From IMG/VR virus record IMGVR_UViG_3300035698_035306: a DNA stretch of 64,000 nt. One strand, written 5' to 3'. Below are positions 45,097-54,835 of this stretch, in pieces. Position 1 is the first letter of the stretch, and every line of letters starts with the position of its first letter. Origin of the DNA: an uncultured virus (IMG/VR IMGVR_UViG_3300035698_035306) (Duplodnaviria; Heunggongvirae; Uroviricota; Caudoviricetes). The translations under genes and the position numbers were made by a program. The notes under the pieces were generated by a model that was given only the letters and a program-made list of their open reading frames with translations, was not told where the DNA came from and ran no database searches.

Positions 45097-46050
45097 ATGA
45101 TTACAATTGGATGCCCAAATATAATGAATGCAGTATCTTTCTTGGAGAAAGATTTCAATGTATGTTACCCTCACTTAGCGTATCAAGGTAAAAAGTTCAA
45201 AACAAATTTCGACGTTCTGTTGCAATTTGACTATGAAATTAATGGCGTTAATTCTAAACAATTAATTGAACACGGTTATCCTGTTATCGGGACATCTCGT
45301 TACTCTAAATTTAAACAGATGACAATCTTGGATGCACTTGATATCAATCACCCAGAGATTTACAAGTCAATTCTCAATGGTACAAATGATGACCGCAATG
45401 ATATCATGCAAGTGCTTCTAAATGAATACGATGACCACGATAAATTAGTACTTAAAGCGGAGAATGGTGCAAGAGGATTGGGTCAAATAATCGTGAATAG
45501 AAATACATTCTATGACATTATAGATATGGTCCAACATGACACAGGTTCTGTTGAAGATATGGCTGATAAGATAGTTGCAGATTATCAAACAGGTAGTGAT
45601 ATCTTCAGGCATGTTGATGAGAAGAACTACATTGTTAATATTCTTAAAGAAGAAGACTATCATATTGAGAAATATATACCTCGCAGAGCAGAGTATAGAT
45701 TAATTGCTTTTTACGGTTCTGACCCTATTATCATTGAAAGAAAATGTCCAAAAGGAGAGAAATGGCAAGCTAATGCATCAGTAACAGGTGAAGGTAAAAG
45801 AATGTCAGAGACTGATATGCAACCAGACGATTGGAAAGCAATGAAAGAACTTGGCCAAAAGATGTGTAGCTATTTAAGAAGCCCATGGTTAAGTATCGAT
45901 GTATATTTCGATTCAGATAACAAAATGGGAGTATTTGAATTTCAAATGCAATTTGGTTACAAGAAAGTACCAAAGAAAGAATTGGTTAACAAAATCAATG
46001 AAGCTACTCACAATATTTTAAAACAATTATACCCTAACCTTAAAAAATAA
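45097..46050 (+). CDS. ATP-grasp ligase (RimK-like)
   Basis: VLKAENGARGLG, IEKYIP, EYRL, WQAN..VTG, SIDV, VFEFQ. Confidence 0.8.
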   Translation: MITIGCPNIMNAVSFLEKDFNVCYPHLAYQGKKFKTNFDVLLQFDYEINGVNSKQLIEHGYPVIGTSRYSKFKQMTILDALDINHPEIYKSILNGTNDDRNDIMQVLLNEYDDHDKLVLKAENGARGLGQIIVNRNTFYDIIDMVQHDTGSVEDMADKIVADYQTGSDIFRHVDEKNYIVNILKEEDYHIEKYIPRRAEYRLIAFYGSDPIIIERKCPKGEKWQANASVTGEGKRMSETDMQPDDWKAMKELGQKMCSYLRSPWLSIDVYFDSDNKMGVFEFQMQFGYKKVPKKELVNKINEATHNILKQLYPNLKK

Positions 46051-46056
46051 CTTACT

Positions 46057-46383
46057 ATGAAAAGATTCTTACTGATTTTATTTATATTTGCGACAAGTTT
46101 TACATTTGCTCAAACATATGAACTAGATAAATCTGGTGATATTAAGCTTGATAGTACATTGACAACAATTGTTAATGACATCTATTATGACGAAATGTAC
46201 TCAGATTCAAACAACATTGAATATTATAACAAAAGATTAAAAGATGTGATGTTTAAATATTACTTTGTAAAAGATAATTCTGAAGCTATTGAAGTACAGA
46301 ATTGGATTTCAACATCATTTAAACCTGCTCTTGATAATGCAATAAAACAAAGGCAGGAATTTATTAACAAACAAAATAATTAA
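46057..46383 (+). CDS. small secreted protein
   Basis: Sec signal MKRFLLILFIFATSFTFA-Q. Confidence 0.7.
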   Translation: MKRFLLILFIFATSFTFAQTYELDKSGDIKLDSTLTTIVNDIYYDEMYSDSNNIEYYNKRLKDVMFKYYFVKDNSEAIEVQNWISTSFKPALDNAIKQRQEFINKQNN

Positions 46384-46385
46384 TT

Positions 46386-49298
46386 ATGAAAAAACTCTTA
46401 GTAATATTCTTATTCTTTCTTATAAGTCTTACTGGATTTTCACAAGGAACTGATTGTGCAAGTGCTGACCCATTTTGTACAGGAACTACTTATGATTTCC
46501 CATTATCAACAAGTACTACAGCTCAGACTGGGCCTGATTACGATTGTTTACTCACACAACCTAACCCAGTATGGTACTATCTACAAATAGACCAACCCGG
46601 CGATATCACAATTACGATGAATGCCGGTAGTGATATTGATTTTGTAGCATGGGGACCATTTGCATCTCAAGCTGTTATGTGTAGTAATCTTACTTCAGCT
46701 AATGTTGTAGATTGTAGTTTCTCAATAGCATCATCAGAAGACTGTGACATAACAGGAGCTTTACCTGGTGAATTTTATATGATGATGATAACAAACTACG
46801 CAGGTATAACACAGAATGTCACATTTTCACAAACAAGTGGATTAGGAAGTACAGACTGTTCTATTATATGCGAAGTCAATGCAGGTACTGACCAATCAAT
46901 TTGTATTGGAGACCAAGCAACTTTAGGAGGTTCGCCTGTTTATAATGGTGGTTTGCAACCTGTCACTTACCTTTGGGACAATGCTGCTACTATAACTACA
47001 CTTGCAACTGATTCGACACCTACTGTAGAACCCTTAATTACAACAACTTATACAGTTACTATGACTACTGATGACGGTTGCACGTCTACTGATGATGTTC
47101 TCATTACAGTGATAGACCCTACTGCTAGTTTTATATCAAGTGTAGACCAGTGCTTAACTGGGAACTTATTTACTTTTACAAATACAGGAGATACTGGACC
47201 AGGAATTACATGGGACTGGACATTACCTAATTCAAATACATTAACATCTACTAATGAAAATGTTGTTAACGTATCATGGGCTAATCCAGGAACTTATATA
47301 ATAACCCAAACTGTTACTATAGGTACATGTACAGATGATAATACAGATATAATAGAAGTATTTGAAATGCCAACAGTAACTATGTCTACAGTAGATGAGA
47401 TATGTGCAGGAGCTTGTGATGGAAGTGCTACTGCAAATCCATTAAACGGCACTCCTGGTTATACTTATCAATGGTTAGGAATAGCTGATATCACACAAAC
47501 TGTGAATGCTTTATGTGCTAACAATTACTTCGTAACAGTAACAGACTTAAATGGTTGCACAGCAACTAATGCTGGTACTGTAAGTTCTGCACAACCTATA
47601 GATATTGATAATGTTACAGTGACTGATGTTCTTTGTAATGGTGATAATACTGGTGGATTTTTAATACAAGCTTCAGGTGGATGCACTCCTATTACTTATA
47701 ATAATGGAATTAGCAATACGACTGGCATATTTACTAACTTACTTGCTGGGAGTTACGATGTAACGATTACTGATTGTAATTCATGCTCAGTTATTGAAAC
47801 TGTAATCGTAGATGAACCTGAGTTTCCTTTAAGTGCAATCATGACACATACAGATTTACTTTGTTTTGATGATAATTTAGGAACAGCTACTGCAAATGTC
47901 TCAGGTGGAACAATTGGTTATACTTATCAATGGTTACCTTCTGTAGGTATAGCAGGTACAATTATAAATGTACCAGCTGGGAATTATCAAGTTACTATAA
48001 CTGATGCTAACAATTGTCAAATCTTTGATAATGTAGAAGTTAATACACCATCTGAAGTATTTCTTGCAGTTTCACAAAGTGGTGAAATTGTATGTTTCAA
48101 CCAGGACGTTGAAATAAATGCATCGACAACAGGTGGAGTAGCTCCTTATATTTATTACATTAATGGTGTTTACACTGCTATGCCGTTTGTGACCAATCCA
48201 ACAGGATTTGAAACTTACATTATATATGCTGAAGATATCAATGGCTGTACAAGTAATATTGAAGTTGTTGACTTAGATGTCTTTGACAATTTGAATTTTT
48301 CTATCGTGTCAACACCTGCAGATGTTTGTTTAGGTGACCCTGTTACTATTTCATGTATCACATCAGGTGGAACTGGTGGTCCATATCAAATATCATTTAA
48401 CGGGAATATTGTTAATGTTCCTTTTACTTACTGGCCAAATCTCAATGAATCTGTAACTTTAACAGCTACTGATTACTGTTCTACAGCTTCATCTACTGTC
48501 GATATTGATGTTCATATATTACCTACACCTCAATTTTCTACTGATATTATACATGGTTGTGAACCACTTACAGTACACTTCGATGCATATTCAGCTTTCC
48601 CAAATGAAACATATAGATGGGTATTTGGAGATGAATCACAGGGGTATGGTATGACAGCTACTCATGAATTTGATAATTATGGTATGTATGACATTACTCT
48701 TATGGTTACTGATGAATACGGCTGTTCTAATAACATCAACTACACTAATTACATTACTGTATATGAGAACCCTGACGCAAGATTTTATGTAACACCTTCT
48801 AATGCAAGTATAATTGACCCAGTAATACAATTTGATAATAATAGCCAGAATAATTACTGGAATTATTGGACTTTTGGTGATGGAGATACATCAATGACAC
48901 TTAATCCAGTCCATACTTATAATGAAGTTGGAGATTATATGGTAGAATTAAAAGTTGTATCAATTCATAATTGTAGAGATTCAGCTATGTCACAAATTAT
49001 AATAACTGACATCACTACAGTATACTTTGCTTCTGCATTTAGTCCAGATGGTGATGGCATTAATGATTTCTTTGGTGCAGTCGGTGAGAATATAACACCA
49101 ACTGGATTTGGCTTATGTATTTATGATAGATGGGGAGAAGTTATCTTCGAAAGCTCAGACATTGATAATAAATGGGATGGTAAAGCAAAGAATGGAATGA
49201 AGACTGTTCAAATTGGAGTTTATACTTACACTTGTAATTTTATAGATGTATACGGTGTTGCAAGAGAATACGCTGGAACAGTAACAGTTATAAGATAA
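46386..49298 (+). CDS. T9SS type-B substrate: SprB repeats + PKD domains + gliding-motility CTD
   Basis: signal peptide; GGT.GYTYQW..G.Y.VT.TD.N.C repeats; W.FGD..H...G.Y...L.V PKD; CTD FSPDGDGINDFF..IYDRWGE..WDG..GVY.Y..GTVTVIR. Confidence 0.92.
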   Translation: MKKLLVIFLFFLISLTGFSQGTDCASADPFCTGTTYDFPLSTSTTAQTGPDYDCLLTQPNPVWYYLQIDQPGDITITMNAGSDIDFVAWGPFASQAVMCSNLTSANVVDCSFSIASSEDCDITGALPGEFYMMMITNYAGITQNVTFSQTSGLGSTDCSIICEVNAGTDQSICIGDQATLGGSPVYNGGLQPVTYLWDNAATITTLATDSTPTVEPLITTTYTVTMTTDDGCTSTDDVLITVIDPTASFISSVDQCLTGNLFTFTNTGDTGPGITWDWTLPNSNTLTSTNENVVNVSWANPGTYIITQTVTIGTCTDDNTDIIEVFEMPTVTMSTVDEICAGACDGSATANPLNGTPGYTYQWLGIADITQTVNALCANNYFVTVTDLNGCTATNAGTVSSAQPIDIDNVTVTDVLCNGDNTGGFLIQASGGCTPITYNNGISNTTGIFTNLLAGSYDVTITDCNSCSVIETVIVDEPEFPLSAIMTHTDLLCFDDNLGTATANVSGGTIGYTYQWLPSVGIAGTIINVPAGNYQVTITDANNCQIFDNVEVNTPSEVFLAVSQSGEIVCFNQDVEINASTTGGVAPYIYYINGVYTAMPFVTNPTGFETYIIYAEDINGCTSNIEVVDLDVFDNLNFSIVSTPADVCLGDPVTISCITSGGTGGPYQISFNGNIVNVPFTYWPNLNESVTLTATDYCSTASSTVDIDVHILPTPQFSTDIIHGCEPLTVHFDAYSAFPNETYRWVFGDESQGYGMTATHEFDNYGMYDITLMVTDEYGCSNNINYTNYITVYENPDARFYVTPSNASIIDPVIQFDNNSQNNYWNYWTFGDGDTSMTLNPVHTYNEVGDYMVELKVVSIHNCRDSAMSQIIITDITTVYFASAFSPDGDGINDFFGAVGENITPTGFGLCIYDRWGEVIFESSDIDNKWDGKAKNGMKTVQIGVYTYTCNFIDVYGVAREYAGTVTVIR

Positions 49299-49723
49299 TG
49301 AATGAAATAATAGTAAAATCAAACCAGAAGCTTACACATAAAGCATGTGTTGAGAAAATTGGTATAAGTAGAATCGACGGTAAAACAATTTATAAAATCG
49401 ATTTGAACTTAATTCTAGATAAAACTAGAGCAATTTCAGAAGAATTAGGTACTAAGAATTTTGAAATAATTACAGATTTAGAAACTGAAAAACAAACAAT
49501 ATAATGCAAACGTATAATATAAAAACGTACACGAACATTGATTTAGCAGGACAAGGTACTGCTTTAGTTATTCACAGATTTGATAATGAGTGCCCAGATA
49601 TTAAAGCTGGTGATACTATTATTACTGATAATGGTACTTTTGAGATTACAAAACTGGAACAATTTAAAAAATCATTTGATAGACCTGGAGACAACGTAAC
49701 TGTCTTAGTTAAAAGAAAATAAT

Positions 49724-50668
49724 ATGAACATACCAAAAGAAATATTAGTAAGAGTCCATGCCGGTAAAAACCCTTTATCGTTTATGACGTATGTCGATGA
49801 AGAAGGTAAAATTAGAAGTGAATATTCATGGAATGGATGGGGACAAAAACAATTAAAGAAACCTGTAACAAATATACCACGAGAAGGATTTAAAATAAGT
49901 GGACTAACTAAACGTTCATCAGATTGGTTTGGAAGTGGTCGTACTTTATTTTATATTGACCACCCAGAAGGTTATCACTTTGAAATAACATCAGATAACC
50001 TTTTAGCTTTAATGGGACACCATGACATTATAGGAGGTGTTATTCAGGGTAAGTTATTACTTGTATGGGACGGAAGAAAGATGTCTTTAATAACTGCAGA
50101 ATCTGATGAGTACAAGAAGTATACTGTACAAACAAGTGTAATTGCAAGTGGTACAGTTAAAATGAGTGAGCTTATCCCTGGTCATGTATATTCTAATAGA
50201 GATGGAAATGATAAGAATACTTATTATGGCAGCAAATATCTGATTAGTGCAACACCTGGTTATAAAAGTAGAGAACATGATGGCTTCACATCATATTACT
50301 ATTCGTATAGACATAATCGTCATACACATTATCCTGTAATTGAAGTAAGAATAGAAAAAGTACATGTATTTTCAGGATATAGTTATAATGGCGAAAAACA
50401 TACATTCAATACTTGTTTAACAAAGAAGTGCTATGATACAGGTAAAACAAAATCAGTTTCAACAATAGAAGAATTGAAAGGTACTTTAGCAAAAGATAAA
50501 CATTGGATGGGCCATAGTCGTTATGCAATAGAAATGTTTAATACAAGACCTTCTAAAGATGAGATAGCTAAATACTTAGACAAAGAGTCAGATGAATGTC
50601 AGACAATGATAAAACGACTCGATAGTAAAGAACATAAATCATGTGAAATAATTTTAAAGAAAACATAA
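49724..50668 (+). CDS. hypothetical phage protein, probable paralog of 23298-24242
   Basis: NIPREGFKI, HPEG..FEITSDNL, IIGGVIQG. Confidence 0.65.
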   Translation: MNIPKEILVRVHAGKNPLSFMTYVDEEGKIRSEYSWNGWGQKQLKKPVTNIPREGFKISGLTKRSSDWFGSGRTLFYIDHPEGYHFEITSDNLLALMGHHDIIGGVIQGKLLLVWDGRKMSLITAESDEYKKYTVQTSVIASGTVKMSELIPGHVYSNRDGNDKNTYYGSKYLISATPGYKSREHDGFTSYYYSYRHNRHTHYPVIEVRIEKVHVFSGYSYNGEKHTFNTCLTKKCYDTGKTKSVSTIEELKGTLAKDKHWMGHSRYAIEMFNTRPSKDEIAKYLDKESDECQTMIKRLDSKEHKSCEIILKKT

Positions 50669-51132
50669 TGGAACAATACGACAGTAGACCTGATACTCTT
50701 AAGCACAAATTAAGAGTACAAACATTAATAACAGATTTCTGTATGCAGATGTCTGATATTGCAAAAGAACATGACAATTCTAAACTTGAGGAACCTGAAA
50801 AGTCAATCTTCGACAAGATGACACCCAGATTAGCAAAGTTAGAATATGGCTCAGATGAGTATAAAGAATCACTTAAAGAATTAGGTGTAGCACTTGACCA
50901 TCATTATAAAGAGAACTCACATCATCCAGAACATAATGCTTTTGGTATTAATGGTATGAACCTTTTTGATATAATTGAGATGTTCATGGACTGGAAAGCA
51001 GCTGGAGAAAGACATAATACAGGTTGTATCTTTAAGAGTATTGAAGTTAATAAGAATAGATTCAATATGTCAGACCAATTAGTAGAAATATTTAAGAATA
51101 CAGCTGATAAACTTGGATGGGAGCCTAAATAA
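50668..51132 (+). CDS. HD-like protein (DUF5662)
   Basis: HK..V, HDNSK, HHYKENSHHPEH, EM..DW.A. Confidence 0.75.
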   Translation: MEQYDSRPDTLKHKLRVQTLITDFCMQMSDIAKEHDNSKLEEPEKSIFDKMTPRLAKLEYGSDEYKESLKELGVALDHHYKENSHHPEHNAFGINGMNLFDIIEMFMDWKAAGERHNTGCIFKSIEVNKNRFNMSDQLVEIFKNTADKLGWEPK

Positions 51133-51549
51133 ATGGAAAATACAGTACATTATTATAAAAGTGCACTACAAACAAATGCACTTTTATTAGAATTAGCAAG
51201 ATTCGAATTAAATATAGTCTCAACAGATGACAACATTATGCATGACATGAAGTTATTTTCAGTTGGTTCATATGACTATATTGCTTGCAGAGATAAAGAG
51301 AACAACATCTTAGGCTATATGAAGTTTTATGAGACTGAATACAATGCAGAAGAATGTATATGGATTGAAAAAGCTTTTGTTAGACCTGAGTATCGAAAGA
51401 AAGGTGTTTATTCTAAAATGTATAAGCGATTACGTTCAGAACATACTTTACCAATTATGTCAGGTGTACTTCCTACAAACAAAAATATGATTGCAATTAA
51501 GGAAAAACAAGGAGCTAAAGTTTTATCTATAATTTATAAAATAGCTTAA
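51133..51549 (+). CDS. GNAT acetyltransferase
   Basis: FVRPEYRKKGVYS acetyl-CoA motif A; N..M. Confidence 0.85.
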   Translation: MENTVHYYKSALQTNALLLELARFELNIVSTDDNIMHDMKLFSVGSYDYIACRDKENNILGYMKFYETEYNAEECIWIEKAFVRPEYRKKGVYSKMYKRLRSEHTLPIMSGVLPTNKNMIAIKEKQGAKVLSIIYKIA

Positions 51550-51552
51550 TAC

Positions 51553-51583
51553 TTTTAAATTGCGTAATAAATTAATACTTTTA
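51553..51583 (+). promoter_or_regulatory. Bacteroidota-type promoter (TGCG class), probably leaderless
   Basis: TTTT-N19-TACTTTTA; ATG 51588; 16-nt perfect direct repeat 51546-51561/51572-51587. Confidence 0.7.
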
Positions 51584-51587
51584 AATT

Positions 51588-52058
51588 ATGATAACGAATA
51601 GTAAATATGTATTCTTTTGGGCTGGAGAGTTCTCCAACTGGCACAACGCTAAAATTGAATACAAGGGTGAAAAGTTTGCAAACACAGAGCAAGCTTATAT
51701 GTGGGAAAAAGCCCTCCATTTTGATGACTATGAAATTGCAGAACTTATTTTAAATGAACCTAATCCTAAAGAGAACAAGAAATTAGGTAGACAAGTAAAA
51801 GGATTTAATGCAGCTGAATGGTTAAATGTATCGTTTGATTTAATGCTTGAAATTAATCGAGCTAAATATAGTCAACACGAAAGTCTTAAATGGCAATTGA
51901 TTAATACAGGTGATAGATTACTTGTAGAAGCAAGCCCATTTGATGAAATATGGGGTATAGGATTAACAGCTGCAGAAGCAGTTAATACACCTGAAGAAGA
52001 ATGGCCTGGAATGAACCTTCTAGGTAAATGTTTAACTAAATTAAGAGGAGAAATTTAA
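51588..52058 (+). CDS. NADAR (YbiA-like) family protein
   Basis: FSNW, EQAYM..KA..F.D, K.LGR.V, K.SQ, LVEASP.D.IWGIG, GMNLLG. Confidence 0.92.
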   Translation: MITNSKYVFFWAGEFSNWHNAKIEYKGEKFANTEQAYMWEKALHFDDYEIAELILNEPNPKENKKLGRQVKGFNAAEWLNVSFDLMLEINRAKYSQHESLKWQLINTGDRLLVEASPFDEIWGIGLTAAEAVNTPEEEWPGMNLLGKCLTKLRGEI

Positions 52059-52657
52059 TGCGATATGTAAGTATAGATACAGAGACTACAGGTCTCGATA
52101 AAGAAAGATGCCAATTACTTTCAATTGGTGCAGTTATAGAAGATACTGAGAATCCTCTTCCACTTGAAGAAATGCCTCAGTTCCATTGTATTATTGTACA
52201 TGATTTCATCGAAGGTCAACCCTTTGCACTGAACATGAATAAAGAGATAATTGAAATACTTGGCCGTTATGCTGTTGCAAGTTATCAACAAAAGGCCTTA
52301 ATTGCTCAAGAAGTTCTTGATGAAAAAGGTATTTATCTTCTTCACATGCATGAAGTTGCAAACAAATTCTTAGACTTTATTGATGATAATAACATGCCAA
52401 GGAAATTTGTTGTTGCAGGTAAGAACTATAATGCATTTGACAGAATATTCTTATCAAATGTTCCTAACTGGGATAGTCACTTTCCTATTCATAGAAGAGT
52501 ACTTGACCCTGCTACATCACTTACCAAAACTACAGATGAAGTACCACCTAACTTAGAAGAATGTTTGAAAAGATGCGGTATTATAAAAGGAATAGCACAT
52601 GATGCAGTAGAAGATGCATTTGATGTTGTTCAAGTTTTAAGACACGTAATAAAATAA
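52058..52657 (+). CDS. DEDDh exonuclease
   Basis: IDTETTGLD, AGKN..FD..FL, HR.LD, HDAVEDA. Confidence 0.88.
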   Translation: MRYVSIDTETTGLDKERCQLLSIGAVIEDTENPLPLEEMPQFHCIIVHDFIEGQPFALNMNKEIIEILGRYAVASYQQKALIAQEVLDEKGIYLLHMHEVANKFLDFIDDNNMPRKFVVAGKNYNAFDRIFLSNVPNWDSHFPIHRRVLDPATSLTKTTDEVPPNLEECLKRCGIIKGIAHDAVEDAFDVVQVLRHVIK

Positions 52658-52661
52658 AAAT

Positions 52662-53273
52662 ATGAAATTAGTTGGAATAACTGGAAGTATCGGTGCAGGT
52701 AAGAGTTACATTGGTAATTTAATCGGAGAACTAGGTGGATATGTCTATAATATGGATGACCATGTTAAATATTTACAAGAAACTGACCCATGGCTTAGAG
52801 AAGAAATGATTGAAATGTTCGGGGCAGATATCTATACAGATGAAGGCCTTGACAGAAAGAAAGTCGGTTCAATTATATTTCAAGACCCAGCTAAATTGAA
52901 GAAGATTGAAGATATGATAAGAGGTCCAATTGAAAAAGACCTCTATTGTACTGCTTACCATGTAAAACATACACTGAAATATAACGTAATGTTCATCGAG
53001 AATGCAATACTTTACGAAACAGGACAGTATAAACGTATGGACCATGTTTTAATGGTTAATGCACCTCAAAAACTTAGAATGGAAAGAGTTACAGAAAAGC
53101 GTGGAATGTCTGAAGAAGATTTCAAACAAAGAGATGCTATTCAAATTGACTTTCCAACAAAAGCAAATGCAATGACTAGTGCAGGTATTGAATGGACTCA
53201 TATATGGAATGCGCCTGATTTACCAAACCTTAAGAAAATGATTAAAGATATTTATATTAAATTTTCAAAGTAA
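52662..53273 (+). CDS. coaE: dephospho-CoA kinase
   Basis: VGITGSIGAGKS, D, LDRKKVG.IIF.D, AILYE, V.AP...R..R...R....R...Q. Confidence 0.88.
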   Translation: MKLVGITGSIGAGKSYIGNLIGELGGYVYNMDDHVKYLQETDPWLREEMIEMFGADIYTDEGLDRKKVGSIIFQDPAKLKKIEDMIRGPIEKDLYCTAYHVKHTLKYNVMFIENAILYETGQYKRMDHVLMVNAPQKLRMERVTEKRGMSEEDFKQRDAIQIDFPTKANAMTSAGIEWTHIWNAPDLPNLKKMIKDIYIKFSK

Positions 53274-54172
53274 TGAGTGCAAAAATGAAAGTAATACAAG
53301 AGACTGTAGATGAAGTATTTAACGATGCATTTGGTAGTACACCTCTTACTAAACGACTTGAAGATATTGAAGGTGAAGCAAGAGAGCTTTGTCAATTCAC
53401 AGACCTTAAGAATCTGAAAGAAGAAGCAGGAGACTTACTTGCAACAACATTGATGCTTTGTAATGAAGCAGGATGGGATGCAGAAGAATTAGTTTATAAT
53501 ACTTTGAAAAAAATCAATCGACGTATAGACCAATATAAAAGCCTTGGGCGTAAGACCAATGTTGCAATATTCGGTGGTGCTTTTAATCCTATCACTCTTG
53601 GTCATATTGAAATGGCTAAACTTGTATTAAATGCAAGTAAATGGGCTGATGAGGTTTGGTTAATGCCTACGAACATTCATATGTTTGGCAAGGATATGTT
53701 ACCATTTAAAGAACGTTATGAGATGTGTAAGATTGCTGCTCAGGCAGACGGAAGGATTAAAGTATGTGATTATGAACACAAACACAATCTGAAAGGTGAG
53801 ACATATCATCTACTGAATAAGATGGTACATGATTCTGAACTTGAGAATTATCGATTTGGTTTTATAGTTGGACAAGATAACGCAAATACACTTGACACTT
53901 GGTATAATGCTGATGAAGTAATTAAACTTGATGTTAAGTTTATTGTAGTTCCAAGAAAAGGAGTGCCGCGTGACCCAAATGTAACATGGTATCTACAGAA
54001 GCCTCATCAGTTCATAGCAGATGATGATAAAGTTAAATATGAAATATCTTCAACCATGGTTCGAACTGCTCTAAAGTCAGGTGACGAACCCACAATTAAA
54101 GATTGTATGGACTCAAACGTTACAAATTATATTTACGATAAGTTACTCTACCAAGATGAAAGCTCAATGTAA
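53273..54172 (+). CDS. nadD: MazG-like NTP pyrophosphatase fused to NadD/NMNAT nucleotidyltransferase
   Basis: E..E..EEAGDLL...K..RR (MazG); IFGGAFNPITLGH, R..M, T, GQDN...W, ISST.VR (NadD). Confidence 0.85.
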   Translation: MSAKMKVIQETVDEVFNDAFGSTPLTKRLEDIEGEARELCQFTDLKNLKEEAGDLLATTLMLCNEAGWDAEELVYNTLKKINRRIDQYKSLGRKTNVAIFGGAFNPITLGHIEMAKLVLNASKWADEVWLMPTNIHMFGKDMLPFKERYEMCKIAAQADGRIKVCDYEHKHNLKGETYHLLNKMVHDSELENYRFGFIVGQDNANTLDTWYNADEVIKLDVKFIVVPRKGVPRDPNVTWYLQKPHQFIADDDKVKYEISSTMVRTALKSGDEPTIKDCMDSNVTNYIYDKLLYQDESSM

Positions 54173-54792
54173 ACCCTTACGCTTTCTCGATGGTACGTTA
54201 TTTGCAAGTGACTATGTTAGAATAGTTAATGGAGGAAGAGGTAGTTATATAGAATTAGAAAAGGAACAAATAGAAGTCGAACTGGTATCAAAGTTCGGCT
54301 TTTTATTGCCTGATGAAATTACCCCAAAGCCATTCTATTACTATTGGCTTATTCCAGAAGATAGAGAAGAAAAAATCTATTGGCAAATTAAAACAGTCTC
54401 ATACGCAGACTATAAGATTGGCATGTTTTATATTGCCCCTGATTTAGTGTCAGGCTGGGATAAACCTAAGTCATTACAAATAAAAGAAGAATTTCCACCA
54501 CCTTTATTTTAAATATCCGAATAAATATTACATGCAAAATCCAAAAGAGCATGCAATAAGAATACGAATAGAATATCTTCTAGATTTGAAAGATGTTAAA
54601 GGCAATAATGATGACTACAATAGAGTTTATAATGAGCTGAAAGCTTTGGACCCCTCTAATAAAATTTTCCTTAAAATAATTAGAAAATGATATGACTGAA
54701 TCAAAATTTCAAAAGTTTCTTGTATGGGTTGGTGCAATAGGTATGGTTGGTGCATCAATAGGAATGAGCCTATATTATATTTTCACGTAATT

Positions 54793-54835
54793 CTCAGAAA
54801 ATACTTTGGCTTCTGAGGAATGTTTGTTACTTTTA
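54793..54835 (+). promoter_or_regulatory. hairpin-embedded promoter (CTGA class)
   Basis: CTCAGAA/TTCTGAG stem; TTTG 54805, N19, TACTTTTA. Confidence 0.85.

Noticed and set aside
53273..54172. Calling the nucleotidyltransferase CoaD
   Set aside because: FGG start, GxDN...W and domain length fit NadD/NMNAT better; a CoaD role remains only a hypothesis
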